A stretch of DNA of 63,956 nt, counting the filler, from Chloroflexota bacterium (lineage in GTDB: Bacteria > Chloroflexota > Chloroflexia > QHBQ01): NCBI GenBank assembly GCA_043754535.1. It is 7 parts of 7 records of this genome, joined end to end, with 100 filler letters (N's around TTAATTAATTAA, not from the genome) between each part and the next. Parts side by side here need not be neighbours in the genome. Positions count along the whole stretch, not along the records: positions 1 to 17,922 come from JAYUUN010000018.1; 6 more parts are not named here. The stretch is one strand, 5' to 3'. The number at the start of each line of letters is the position of its first letter. Position 1 is the first letter of the stretch. Shown one piece after another: positions 1 to 9,836 of the stretch. The position numbers were made by a program, and so were the translations under genes. The notes below the pieces were generated by a model that saw nothing but the letters and a program-made list of their open reading frames with translations, did no database searches and had not been told where the DNA came from.

Positions 1-43
1 TGTATTATTGCAGGGTACAGGAGACATATCATCTTTGTAGAGC

Positions 44-190
44 AAAAAAGCCTCGACGAGGCGAGCAATGCTCTCTCAGTCGGGGCTAGACTTCTGCGAA
101 GTAAGGGAGTCACTGGTGACGGCTTGCCCTCCTGGTGGGAGGGACAGTCACAGGATATGGTGGTTGGTCAGACAATCAACCACTATGTGC
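44..190. other. Cluster of three hairpins downstream of tRNA-Gly; the first, with its A-tract, doubles as a minus-strand intrinsic terminator
   Basis: Stems AGCCTCGAC..GTCGGGGCT (preceded by A6), GTGAC..CCCTCC..GGAGGG..GTCAC and ATATGGTGGTTGGT..ATCAACCACTATGT. Confidence 0.5.
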
Positions 191-195
191 TGTGG

Positions 196-273
<78 letters not shown>

Positions 274-425
274 GTCAGGTGACAGATAGAATTATAGCAC
301 AATCCAGCCCTTTTTGCAAGTCCCGACCTGGGTGTTCGTGGCTGCCTTGACAAGGTAAGCGGGCTGCGCTAAACTGTAACCGTCCCTCTTTTATGTCACG
401 TCCGATCAACTAAGGTGGAAGGCAG

Positions 426-1280
426 GTGAGGCCTGTGGCTCTGGTCGGTATGCTCTCCGAGTTCCAATTGGTCAACGTAGTCGCCTTGCTCCAGGTCGAG
501 CGCAAGACTGGCGAGTTGACCTTGCAAAACGACGAGCAGCAAACGGTGCGCCTCTACGTTCAGGATGGGCGGGTCGTTCATGTGGAGAGCAACACCCTGC
601 GTGGGCCGAACGCCCCCAGCGACGGCTTCGAATTGGCCCTTACCCCCTTCACTTGGCCGGAGGGTAAGTTTCACTTCGAGCAGTATGACTTGCAGGTGCC
701 ACAGCCAAATATCACCCAGGGAAACTCTGCGCTGGTGATGGAGGGGCGCAATCGGGCCGCCTCCGCCCGCGAGTTGCAGCAGAGCGTGCCGAGTGGGGCA
801 ATAGTGCTGCGCTTGCTGCACACCCCCGGTCAGAACATGAAGTCGATCAACCTGGACTTTATGGAATGGCGGTTCCTCACTATGGTGGATGGGGAACGTG
901 ATGTGCAGGCAATAGCCGAGATGCTGGGCATGGACGATCTGCGTGGACGGCAGGTTGCCAGTCGGATGCTGAAGAACGACCTGGTGGAGAGGGTGGATCT
1001 CCGCCAGAAGATGCATCGGCTGCACGCCTTTACCGGCGAAGATAGCCAATCGCCAGAGGTGGCCGCTATGGACGACCTCGCGCTCGACGTGCTGACTCAG
1101 CGGGCAGGGCTGGCGGGCGACCCGCGCCTCGACCTGCTGACCGACGACGAGTTGCGGCGCGAGACCATGCAGGTCGCTGGCTTGCAGGACTTGGGCGACC
1201 GCCTGGTGCTAGCCCCGCTGGCGATGGCGAAGCTGAACCTGAGCAACGGGGACCCGATCTACGTGCGCTTGCGTGACTAA
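426..1280 (+). CDS. DUF4388 (PATAN-like) domain protein with winged-helix-like middle region
   Basis: N-terminal 'GMLSEFQLVNVVALLQVERKTGEL...YVQDGRVVH...WPEGKFHF' is typical of DUF4388. Confidence 0.75.
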   Translation: MRPVALVGMLSEFQLVNVVALLQVERKTGELTLQNDEQQTVRLYVQDGRVVHVESNTLRGPNAPSDGFELALTPFTWPEGKFHFEQYDLQVPQPNITQGNSALVMEGRNRAASARELQQSVPSGAIVLRLLHTPGQNMKSINLDFMEWRFLTMVDGERDVQAIAEMLGMDDLRGRQVASRMLKNDLVERVDLRQKMHRLHAFTGEDSQSPEVAAMDDLALDVLTQRAGLAGDPRLDLLTDDELRRETMQVAGLQDLGDRLVLAPLAMAKLNLSNGDPIYVRLRD

Positions 1281-1289
1281 AGCAGATAG

Positions 1290-2258
1290 GTGGATAGCCG
1301 CTTGCTCATCATACCGCAGGTGATCTTTTCGACCCTGGGCCGTTGGTTTGGTTTGCGCCGCCCCCGTAATGGTGACCGCCGCATCGTTCCCAACCCTGCT
1401 CCCGCTCCGCCCGCCGCTGACGACCCCAAGCGTCGTCTGGCCGACCGCTGGTTGCGCCTGGGGGTTAGTGCGGCTTTGGCGGACGAACAAGAGGAAGCCA
1501 CTCACTGCTTTGTGCAAGCGGCGCACTCTGATCCCAGCTTCGCTCGTGCCTGGCTCTACCTGGGCGGCATTGTCGGCGAACCAGCCCAGGCGTTGGCTGC
1601 CTTGCGTCGTGCCTACCGCCTCGCCCCCGACGATTTGCAGATTCGCACTGGCCTGGTCTGGGCGCGCTATCGGTTGGGGCTGATCACCAAGCCACTTGAG
1701 CAGGCCACATCCCCCCTGGACAAGGGGGTGGCAACCCCAGGCTTTGGCCTACCCAGCGGCTTCCAGCGCACTGCCACCCCTGCCCTCGGTAGCCTGCAAG
1801 CGGACGCGCTAGGCTGGCTGCAACTGGGGGTCAGTGCGGCAGTAAATGGTAGCCGCATCTACGCCCGCTACTGCTTTGCAAAGGCCGCCGCTCTCCCAGT
1901 CAGTGAGCGTCGCCTGGAGGAGGTGCTGACCCGCCGTCGGTCCTGGCTCTACCTCGCTGGGGTCTGCGGCCAGCCGGAACAAACTCTCGCCCTGCTCGAA
2001 CAGGTCTTGCACGATGAGCCAGACAATGTGGAAGCCCTCAGTGGTGTTCGTTGGGCGGCAGGCCGGTTGGGGCTGAGCAGCTACCAGTGGCGCGGCGGCT
2101 GGCCGCCCGACACCCGCCTCGGCACCGATCCGTTGCTCAAGGGGCCAGTGGGCGAAGGGGTGAGCGGCTTAGGCTGGCTCATCGTCGGCAATTGTGAGCA
2201 GTTAGCGGGGCAAAGTTGTTATAATAAGGGCAACAAAACAACCGGGGAGCGAAAACAG
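1290..2258 (+). CDS. TPR-repeat protein (in frame with the downstream oxidoreductase, no stop codon)
   Basis: Two helical units 'WLRLGVSAA...AWLYLGG...ALAALRRAYRLAPDD' and 'WLQLGVSAA...SWLYLAG...LEQVLHDEPDN'. Confidence 0.55.
2217..2225 (+). promoter_or_regulatory. Extended -10 promoter TGTTATAAT inside the 738-aa ORF
   Basis: Consensus TGnTATAAT followed by a GGGGAG RBS and in-frame ATG at 2259. Confidence 0.6.
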
Positions 2259-3506
2259 ATGATCGTAATCGTCGGCGGCGGGCTGGCTGGGCTGACCTGC
2301 GCGAAGGTGTTGCGTGAGCGGGGGCGGGCTGTCCTGCTGCTGGAAGCCAGCGACGGCGTGGGTGGGCGAGTGCGGAGCGACGTAGTGGCAGGCTTCACCC
2401 TGGATCGTGGCTTCCAGGTCTACTTCACTGCCTACCCGGCAGGCAAGCGGCACCTTGACTACGCCGCTCTGGACTTTCGTACCTTCGACCCGGCGGGCAT
2501 CGTCGTTGAAGCGGGTAAGCGGTCGCGGTTGGGCGACCCGCTGCGCGCTCCCCAATACCTGTTTGAGACGCTCACCTCTCCCTACGCGACGCTGGGCGAC
2601 CGCCTGCGGCTGGTGAAGCTGGTTGGCGGTTTGTTGCGCGAGAGTACAGAGACGACTAACCAGCGGCGGGACAACGAGACGACTTACGGCTACCTCAAGC
2701 GGTACGGCTTCTCTGCCAGGTTCATCCACAGCTTCATCCAGCCCTTCGTCGGCGGGCAGACCCTCAACCGCCAGTTGACTACGGCGGCGCGAGTGTTCCG
2801 CTTCGACTTCAAGATGCTGGCTCAGGGCCGCACTGTCGTACCCGCGAAGGGCATAGGGGCGATCAGTGAGCAGCTTGCCAGCCACAGCCCTGGTTGCATC
2901 CGCCTGAACACCTCTGTCGCTGGCTTGCTACGTGAGGGCGGACGGGTGGTGGGTGTGCAGACGGCGGGCGGTGAGCAGATCGCAGCAGAAGCCGTAGTGG
3001 TTGCTACCGAGTCACCAATTGCTGCACACCTGACTGGCCTTGAACTACCAACCGCTGGCCTGGTTTCCACCTGTGTTTACTTCGCCAGCCCCCGCAGCCT
3101 GCACCCAGAGAAGGCGATCTTGCTCAACGCAAATGGTGACCTGTTTATCAACAATCTGATCCAGATCAGCAACGTCGCGCCAGAATATGCACCCGCTGGT
3201 CAACACCTGCTTTCCTGCTCGATCATCGCGCTGCCAGAGTTGAGCGACGAGCAGATTGTGGCGCGGGCGCGTGAGGACTTGGCGCGCATCTTCGGCTCAG
3301 CAGCCAACGAGGTGCGCCCACTGCGGGTGATCCGCATCCCCTTCGGTCAATTTGCTCAGCCACCAGGCCAGCAATCCAGCCTGCCTGCTAACTACACTGG
3401 CACGCCTGGCCTCTACCTGGCAGGCGAGTACACTAGCTTCGCCAGCATCAACGGGGCGATCAGCAGTGGCGAGCGAGCGGCACGGGCGGTGATCACTAAA
3501 GTATAA
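2259..3506 (+). CDS. FAD-dependent oxidoreductase (amine oxidase/phytoene dehydrogenase-like family)
   Basis: 'IVIVGGGLAGL...LLEASDGVGGR...GFTLDRGFQV' and C-terminal 'LYLAGEYT...SINGAISSGERAA'. Confidence 0.85.
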   Translation: MIVIVGGGLAGLTCAKVLRERGRAVLLLEASDGVGGRVRSDVVAGFTLDRGFQVYFTAYPAGKRHLDYAALDFRTFDPAGIVVEAGKRSRLGDPLRAPQYLFETLTSPYATLGDRLRLVKLVGGLLRESTETTNQRRDNETTYGYLKRYGFSARFIHSFIQPFVGGQTLNRQLTTAARVFRFDFKMLAQGRTVVPAKGIGAISEQLASHSPGCIRLNTSVAGLLREGGRVVGVQTAGGEQIAAEAVVVATESPIAAHLTGLELPTAGLVSTCVYFASPRSLHPEKAILLNANGDLFINNLIQISNVAPEYAPAGQHLLSCSIIALPELSDEQIVARAREDLARIFGSAANEVRPLRVIRIPFGQFAQPPGQQSSLPANYTGTPGLYLAGEYTSFASINGAISSGERAARAVITKV

Positions 3507-3558
3507 AGTGGCTCTTGAGCAAACATAAATAGACAGATAAACAGATAGGGGATATAGA

Positions 3559-4263
3559 ATGATGCAGGTTGAGATTTGGTCGGATGTAGTCTGCCCCTGG
3601 TGCTACATTGGTAAGCGGCGTTTCGAGCGTGCGCTGGCTGATTTTGCCGCCCGCGATCAGGTAGTGGTGGTGTGGCGCAGCTACCAGCTAGACCCGCAGT
3701 CCCCTCGTGAGGCCGGGGCCACCGTCGTTGAACACCTAGCCCACCGCTATGGCACTAGCCTGGCCCAGGCCGCCGCTACTATCGGGCAGGTTAGCGAACT
3801 GGCAGCGCAAGAGGGGTTGGAGTACCATCTGGATCGCGCTCGGCGCACCAACACCTTTGATGCCCACCGCCTGCTACACTTCGCAGCGCAGCATGGGCGG
3901 CAGGATGCGCTGAAGGAGCGGCTGCTGCACGCCTACTTCACCGAGGGGGCGGTAGTTTCCGAGGCAGCGACGTTGCTACAACTGGCGGTCGAGGTCGGCC
4001 TGCCCGCCGCTGAAGCAAGTGCAGTACTGGCGAGTACAACCTACAGCGACGCGGTGCAAGCCGACGAGCAACGGGCGCGTGACCTCGGTATCCAAGGTGT
4101 GCCGTTCTTTGTGGTTGCTGAGAAGTATGGCGTATCGGGAGCGCAGCCTGCTGCGGTGTTCAAGTCGGCGTTGGAGCGGGCCTGGGCCGAGGCTCATCCG
4201 CCACTCACCCTGGTAGCGACTACCAGCGGCGACGCTTGCGAAGGCGAAGATTGCGCGCTCTAA
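3559..4263 (+). CDS. DsbA-family oxidoreductase (FrnE-like)
   Basis: 'EIWSDVVCPWCYIGKRR', 'GVPFFV', 'SGAQP', C-terminal CxxxxC. Confidence 0.9.
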   Translation: MMQVEIWSDVVCPWCYIGKRRFERALADFAARDQVVVVWRSYQLDPQSPREAGATVVEHLAHRYGTSLAQAAATIGQVSELAAQEGLEYHLDRARRTNTFDAHRLLHFAAQHGRQDALKERLLHAYFTEGAVVSEAATLLQLAVEVGLPAAEASAVLASTTYSDAVQADEQRARDLGIQGVPFFVVAEKYGVSGAQPAAVFKSALERAWAEAHPPLTLVATTSGDACEGEDCAL

Positions 4264-4433
4264 CGCCTGGTTTGTTGCTTCGTAGTGCAACCAGCCTGTC
4301 TATCCCTGTTGCAAAGTTGTAGCTACTGCTGGCAGTAGGTACAAGAAGAAACTTGTATCTGAACAACTCTCCTCCTCCCCGTTGGCTTGCCCAAATTGTG
4401 CTATAATCAGGGCAACGGCAAGGAGGTGCGGCG

Positions 4434-5150
4434 ATGGGTGAGCTTGAAGGGCGCGTGGCTATCGTCACTGGGGCGGGGCGAGGCATTGGGCGGGCTACAG
4501 CCGAGCGGCTGGCGGCAGCGGGGGCAACGATCATCTGCTGCTCGCGTAACGCCAGCCAAATCGCTGACACTGCGGCGACGATCAACGCGGTAGGCGGCCA
4601 AGCGGTGGCGGTCGAGGCCGACATCAGCGACGAGCGGGATGTGGACACGCTGTTCGCCAGCCTTACTAGCCTGGGCGGTCGGCTGGACATCTTGATCAAC
4701 AACGCCGCCGCCATTCTGCTCAAGCCGTTCGCCGAGATGAGCGTGGCCGAGTGGGATGCTGTGCTGGACACCAATCTGCGTGGCACCTTCTTGTGCAGCC
4801 AGCGCGCTTTTCGCCTGATGCAAACCTATGGTGGAGGCTGCATCATCAACCTTGCCTCTCTCTCTGGCGTGCCAAACGTCGAGAAGTTCCCTGGCCTCAG
4901 TGCTTACAACGTGAGCAAATACGGCGTGTTGGGCTTGACCGAGATCATGGCGGTCGAGGGCAAGCCGCACCACATCCGCGTCAACGCTGTCAGTCCTGGG
5001 GCAGTGGACACCGAGATGCTGCGCGCTGCTGCCCCCCACCTCAAGACCAGCACCACCCCTGCCGACATTGCCGACACCATCCTCTACTTGGTCAGCGACC
5101 GGGCTAAGCACATCAGCGGCGCAAACATGATTATCTTCAGCAACGAATAA
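4434..5150 (+). CDS. SDR-family oxidoreductase
   Basis: TGAGRGIG, NNAA, YNVSK; TGCTATAAT at 4399-4407 and AGGAGG RBS. Confidence 0.9.
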   Translation: MGELEGRVAIVTGAGRGIGRATAERLAAAGATIICCSRNASQIADTAATINAVGGQAVAVEADISDERDVDTLFASLTSLGGRLDILINNAAAILLKPFAEMSVAEWDAVLDTNLRGTFLCSQRAFRLMQTYGGGCIINLASLSGVPNVEKFPGLSAYNVSKYGVLGLTEIMAVEGKPHHIRVNAVSPGAVDTEMLRAAAPHLKTSTTPADIADTILYLVSDRAKHISGANMIIFSNE

Positions 5151-5244
5151 GCGGTGGTGGCTTCTTAACGCAGGATCAGCAGCGGCCCAGCTTACCTTTG
5201 GCAGCCCAAATTGGCGACCGATCAGCCACGAAAGGTGTACTTAG

Positions 5245-5652
5245 ATGCCAGTAGCCTATATTACGCGGCGGGCCGTCTTCAGCGCAGCCCACCGCCTGCA
5301 CAGCGACAGCCTCAACGAGGTGGAGAACGATGCACTCTACGGCAAGTGCAACAACCCTTACGGTCACGGCCACAACTATGTGCTGGAAGTTACGGTCAAG
5401 GGGGAGATCGACCCCATCAATGGCATGGTGATGAACCTGACCGACCTCAAGGCGATCATCGAGCGGCGGCTACTGAGCCACATGGATCATCGCCACCTCA
5501 ACCTGGAGGTGCCATTCTTCGAGGGCATCGTGCCAACGGCGGAGAACATCGCCTACGTCTGCTGGCGCGAACTGGCCCGCGAACTAACCAGCCTCTACGA
5601 AGTCAAAATCTATGAGACCGAGAACAACTACGCCCTCTATCGGGGCGATTGA
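5245..5652 (+). CDS. 6-pyruvoyl-tetrahydropterin synthase (PTPS-II/BH4-type motif)
   Basis: 'FSAAHRL...GKCNNPYGHGHNY...GEIDPINGMVMNLTDLK...DHRHLN...TAENIA...YETENN'. Confidence 0.9.
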   Translation: MPVAYITRRAVFSAAHRLHSDSLNEVENDALYGKCNNPYGHGHNYVLEVTVKGEIDPINGMVMNLTDLKAIIERRLLSHMDHRHLNLEVPFFEGIVPTAENIAYVCWRELARELTSLYEVKIYETENNYALYRGD

Positions 5653-5694
5653 CGAGCAACGAGCTTTGAGCGCAGACTTAGAGGAGGAGCGTAG

Positions 5695-6429
5695 ATGCAG
5701 AACCCATACGATGCGTTGGCAGGGCAGGTGGCTGTGATACCGGGTGGGGCGGGCGGGCTGGGCAGCCCTGTAGTGCAGGCTTTTGTCGCAGCGGGCGTGC
5801 GCGTGGCGATCCCCTACCGCACCGAGCGCGACTGGGAGAAGCTGGTCAAAGCCTGGCCTGCCCACCTTGACCGCGCCCTGATTGTGGGCAGCGAAGTGGA
5901 CGTTAATAGCCAGCGCGATATGCACGAGTTTGTGCAGTATGTGCTGGACAAGTGGGGGCGGCTAGACATCCTGCTCAATCTCACGGGCGGCTATGCGGCG
6001 GGCAACCCGGTAGAGGAACTGGACGACATGGTGTGGGATGGGCAGCTAGATAGCAACCTGCGTACTGCTTTCGTTGCCGCCCGCGCCTGCCTGCCGCCGA
6101 TGATCGCGGCGGGGCATGGCAAGATCATCATGACCAGCAGCCGGGCTGCGGTCAGCAGTGCTGCCAACGCTGCTGCCTATGGGGTGAGCAAGGCAGCTCT
6201 CAACAAGCTGGTTGAGGCACTGGCGGACGAGGGTCGCGCCCGCAACATCCAGGTCAACGCGATCATGCCGAGCATCATAGACACCCCTGCCAACCGCAAG
6301 GCGATGGGCGATGCCGATTATGAGACCTGGCCGAAGCCAGAGCAGCTTGCCCAGGTGCTACTATTCCTCGCCTCGCCCGCCAGCGATCTGATCAGCGGGG
6401 CTGCGATTCCCGTCTACGGGCGGGCCTGA
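5695..6429 (+). CDS. SDR-family oxidoreductase
   Basis: GGAGGLG, YGVSK, 'VNAIMPSIIDTPANR'. Confidence 0.9.
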   Translation: MQNPYDALAGQVAVIPGGAGGLGSPVVQAFVAAGVRVAIPYRTERDWEKLVKAWPAHLDRALIVGSEVDVNSQRDMHEFVQYVLDKWGRLDILLNLTGGYAAGNPVEELDDMVWDGQLDSNLRTAFVAARACLPPMIAAGHGKIIMTSSRAAVSSAANAAAYGVSKAALNKLVEALADEGRARNIQVNAIMPSIIDTPANRKAMGDADYETWPKPEQLAQVLLFLASPASDLISGAAIPVYGRA

Positions 6430-8670
6430 CAGCCCAGGCGGGGGTTGGTAGAGGGTAGTGCGGTCGCCACCTTGCTGCTTCGAGTAGTACATAGCTGCGT
6501 CCGCCTGACCGAGGATCGTCTCGGCTGCCTCTGCGCCGTCCACCAGGGCGATGCCCACGCTGAGGTTGGGGTGGAAAATGCTGCCACCCAGGTTGAGGGT
6601 GATGCTGCCCGCGCTGCTGCACAGCCGTCGAGCCACAGCTTCGCCCTTGCTTAGTTGGCTGTTTGGCAGCAGCACTGCGAACTCGTCGCCACCCATGCGG
6701 GCCAGCAGATCGCCCGCGTGTAGCTGGCTGGTCATGATGTTCGCCAGCCCCACCAGCAGGCGGTCGCCCGCACTGTGGCCCAGGCGGTCGTTGACCAGCT
6801 TGAACCTGTCTAGATCGAGAAAGAGGAGGACGCTGCTTTGGGCGCAGGTGCGGGCCAGTTCGACCGCCCTTTCCAGCCGCTCAAGCAGGATGCGACGATT
6901 GGGCAGGTTGGTCAGTGGGTCGTGGCTGGCGCGGTAGGCTAGCTCCTGCTCATAGTGCTTGCGCTCGGTCACGTCCTGGTGGACGCTGATCAACTGGCTG
7001 ATCTGCCCACGCTCGTCCAACACTGGGGTGATCGTCACGTCGTCGGTGTAGCTGTTGCCATCCTTGCGCTGGTTGATCAGTTCGCCACGCCAGACCTGCC
7101 CGCCGCACACCCGTTGCCACAGCCGCTCGTAGATGCGCGGGTCGTTGTCACCCGCTGCGGCCAGCACTCGGATGTTCCTACCGACGACCTCGCGTACCTG
7201 GTAGCCAGTCAGGGTAGTGAAGGCGGCATTGACCCACTCAATCTGCCCTCTGGCGTTGGCGATAGACATTGGGCTGGAGGCGGCGTTGAGGGCTGTTGCT
7301 TGCAGGTGCAGCCGATAAGCCTCCTGCTTGCGGGCGGTGATGTCCACCACCGTCCCTTCGAAGCCGACCACTCGGCCTGCAAGGTCACGCATGGTGCGGG
7401 CGTTCTCTGCAATCCAGATTATACTACCATCCTTACGATAAGCCTGGAACTCGAAGTTGCTCACCCTGTTGTGCTGCGCCATGAGGCTGATGAAATCCTG
7501 GCGACGGCTAGGGTCAACGTAGCACTGGTGCGCAATGTCTGTCACCTGAGCGATCATCTCTGCTGGCGAGGTGTAGCCGTGGATTTGGGCGAGCATCGGG
7601 TTGACCGTCAGGTAGTGACCGTCCAGCGTCGTCTGGTAGATGCCCTCTACTGCGTTCTCAAAGATGCTGCGGTAGTTAGCTTCGGCCTGCTGGCGGGCCT
7701 CCTCTGCCTCCTTCTTCTCCGTGATGTCCTGCACAGCACCGAGAATACGCACCACCCGTCCCAGCCGTACATCCTTCTCTGAGCGCGAGTAGGTACGCAC
7801 CCAGCGCACGCCGTGGCGGGTGAGCAGCCTATATTGACAAACCAGCGTCTCTGTGTGCAGTGCCTGGGCGGTCATGCGCAGGACATGGGCGCGGTCATCG
7901 GGGTGGACGAAGGCGATCCAGCCACCGCGGGCGTTCAGTTCCTCGGCCTTGTAGCGGCGCAGGCCAGGGAAGGCACCAGACACCCATTCCAGGTGGGTCT
8001 TGCCTTGCTCATCCACAGCTAGCGAGTAAACGAACTCGGAGGTGAGGGCGGAGACGATCCGGTAGCGTTCTTCGCTCTCGCGCAGGGCCGCCTCTACCAG
8101 CCTGCGCTCGGCAAGCTCCTGCTGCGCGGCCAGGTAGAGGGCTGTATTGTCGAGGGCAATGGTGGCGATTTCGGCAAAGCGTAGCAGCAGGTCTATCATC
8201 TCGTGGCTAAACTGGCAGTCGGGGTCGAGGTGGGCAAGGCCCAGCACCCCCACCACCTGCGTCCCCGACGTAAGCGGCACCCCCACCACCGCGTGGAAGC
8301 CGAGGCTAGACAAGGCAGGGCTTTGGCTGGGCCAGGTCTGATAGTCGTCAACCACTACTGGTAGCCCACTAGCCCAGACCCGCCCGCTGATGCCCTCGTG
8401 CAGGCCGACCCGATAGCCAACCTGTGCGCTAAAGACCCCCGCTCCCACTGTCATCTGCAACTGGCGGCGGTCTGGCGTAAGCAGGTAGACGTAGCCGTGC
8501 AGGGTGCCGGCCAGCAAGCCAGCGCGGGCAACCAGCACTTGTAGCAGGTCGCCCACGTTGCGGCGGTTCATCAGGGCTAGCGCAGTTTCATGCAGCGCAG
8601 CCAGATATTCCTGCTGCTGGAGCAGGCTGGCGACATTCTGCTCTGGGTAGGGAAGGGGTGCGATCATCAT
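6361..8670 (-). CDS. Diguanylate cyclase with GAF and three PAS domains
   Basis: GAF region, PAS/PAC 'QDITE/VDITA/QDVTE', 'HDPLTNLPNR', 'DLDRFKLVND', 'RMGGDEF'. Confidence 0.92.
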   Translation of the reverse strand: MMIAPLPYPEQNVASLLQQQEYLAALHETALALMNRRNVGDLLQVLVARAGLLAGTLHGYVYLLTPDRRQLQMTVGAGVFSAQVGYRVGLHEGISGRVWASGLPVVVDDYQTWPSQSPALSSLGFHAVVGVPLTSGTQVVGVLGLAHLDPDCQFSHEMIDLLLRFAEIATIALDNTALYLAAQQELAERRLVEAALRESEERYRIVSALTSEFVYSLAVDEQGKTHLEWVSGAFPGLRRYKAEELNARGGWIAFVHPDDRAHVLRMTAQALHTETLVCQYRLLTRHGVRWVRTYSRSEKDVRLGRVVRILGAVQDITEKKEAEEARQQAEANYRSIFENAVEGIYQTTLDGHYLTVNPMLAQIHGYTSPAEMIAQVTDIAHQCYVDPSRRQDFISLMAQHNRVSNFEFQAYRKDGSIIWIAENARTMRDLAGRVVGFEGTVVDITARKQEAYRLHLQATALNAASSPMSIANARGQIEWVNAAFTTLTGYQVREVVGRNIRVLAAAGDNDPRIYERLWQRVCGGQVWRGELINQRKDGNSYTDDVTITPVLDERGQISQLISVHQDVTERKHYEQELAYRASHDPLTNLPNRRILLERLERAVELARTCAQSSVLLFLDLDRFKLVNDRLGHSAGDRLLVGLANIMTSQLHAGDLLARMGGDEFAVLLPNSQLSKGEAVARRLCSSAGSITLNLGGSIFHPNLSVGIALVDGAEAAETILGQADAAMYYSKQQGGDRTTLYQPPPGLSGPPVDGNRSPADQIAGGRGEE

Positions 8671-8792
8671 CCTGACCTGTGGCTAGGAACGGGGGTTGGT
8701 GGTCGGCTATCGTTCCCTTATCATAGATCAGGCTATCTGGTGTGTCAAGCGATCAAAGATGTTTCTCACCTTACCGTTAACTTACCATTTGC

Positions 8793-9716
8793 CTATCGAC
8801 GGAAGTTGAGCATTGCCAGTATGATCAGAGCTACGCCCAACACCAGTCGGTAGACGACGAACACTGCCGTACTGCGCCGTTGCAGGTAGCCGATCAGGAA
8901 GCGGATGGTTAGATAGCCCCCGATGGCGGCGGCCAGGAAGCCGAGGATGAAGGCAAGGGTGGGGATGTTAGCAGGATTGGCGTGGGCAGGGTCTTTGATC
9001 AAATCGTACAGCTTCTTGAGGCCAGCGGCGACGATGATCGGGCTGGAGAGCAGGAAGCTGAAGCGGGCAGCGTCGGCCCTGTTGATCTTGCGGAACAAGC
9101 CAGCGGTGATCGTCGCACCGCTGCGGGACACGCCGGGTAGCACAGCGACGGCCTGGGCCAGCCCAATTATCACCGCGTCCACCAGGGTGATGCCCGTCAG
9201 CGGCTTGCCCTTGCCACTGTAGAGCCGCTCGGCCAGCAGTAGAACGAGGCCCATGACGATCATTGCTCCGGCAATTGCGTAGATACCCCAGGCGTTCAAG
9301 TTAGCGGGGGTGTGGAAGGAGTCGTCAATCTTCGATTCTAGCAGTAGGCCCGCGATTGCGCCAGGGACGGTGGCGATCAGCAGCAGCCAGGCTATGCGGC
9401 GGTCGCTCTCCTGCTCGGCCTGCTGCGCTGGGTTGGCTGTCGCAGGGGAGCTACCAGCGGTCAGGCCGAGGCTTGCACTGGGGCCGAAGCTGGGTAGCCC
9501 GGTAAAGAGGGCGCGCACATAGCGGATGATGTCGCGCCAGAAGTAAGCGAGTACCGCCACCAGCGTCCCCCAGTGTAGGGCCACGTCGAAGCCAATGCCA
9601 AAGTCTTGCCAACCGAACAGCCAGGGGACGATGATCAGGTGGGCTGAACTGCTGATTGGCATGAACTCGGTCAAGCCCTGCACGAGGCCGAGGATGATCG
9701 CCTGAATGATCTCCAA
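8793..9716 (-). CDS. uppP: Undecaprenyl-diphosphatase
   Basis: 'QGLTEFMPISSSAHL', 'PGVSRSGATI'; TTG start at 9716 behind AAGGAG. Confidence 0.95.
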   Translation of the reverse strand: MEIIQAIILGLVQGLTEFMPISSSAHLIIVPWLFGWQDFGIGFDVALHWGTLVAVLAYFWRDIIRYVRALFTGLPSFGPSASLGLTAGSSPATANPAQQAEQESDRRIAWLLLIATVPGAIAGLLLESKIDDSFHTPANLNAWGIYAIAGAMIVMGLVLLLAERLYSGKGKPLTGITLVDAVIIGLAQAVAVLPGVSRSGATITAGLFRKINRADAARFSFLLSSPIIVAAGLKKLYDLIKDPAHANPANIPTLAFILGFLAAAIGGYLTIRFLIGYLQRRSTAVFVVYRLVLGVALIILAMLNFRR

Positions 9717-9836
9717 AACACATTCTCCTTGTCTAATCTGGCGTGCTGTTGAGCTGCAACTCAGCACAACCTGCTGGTATGTGCTTATTATAACACACGG
9801 TGGGCAGATGGTATAATAGGGCGGGGAGGGGCAACG

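Noticed and set aside
5245..5652. queD annotation
   Set aside because: Motif spacing is CxxxxxHGH rather than CxxxHGH, and no queC/E/F genes are nearby.
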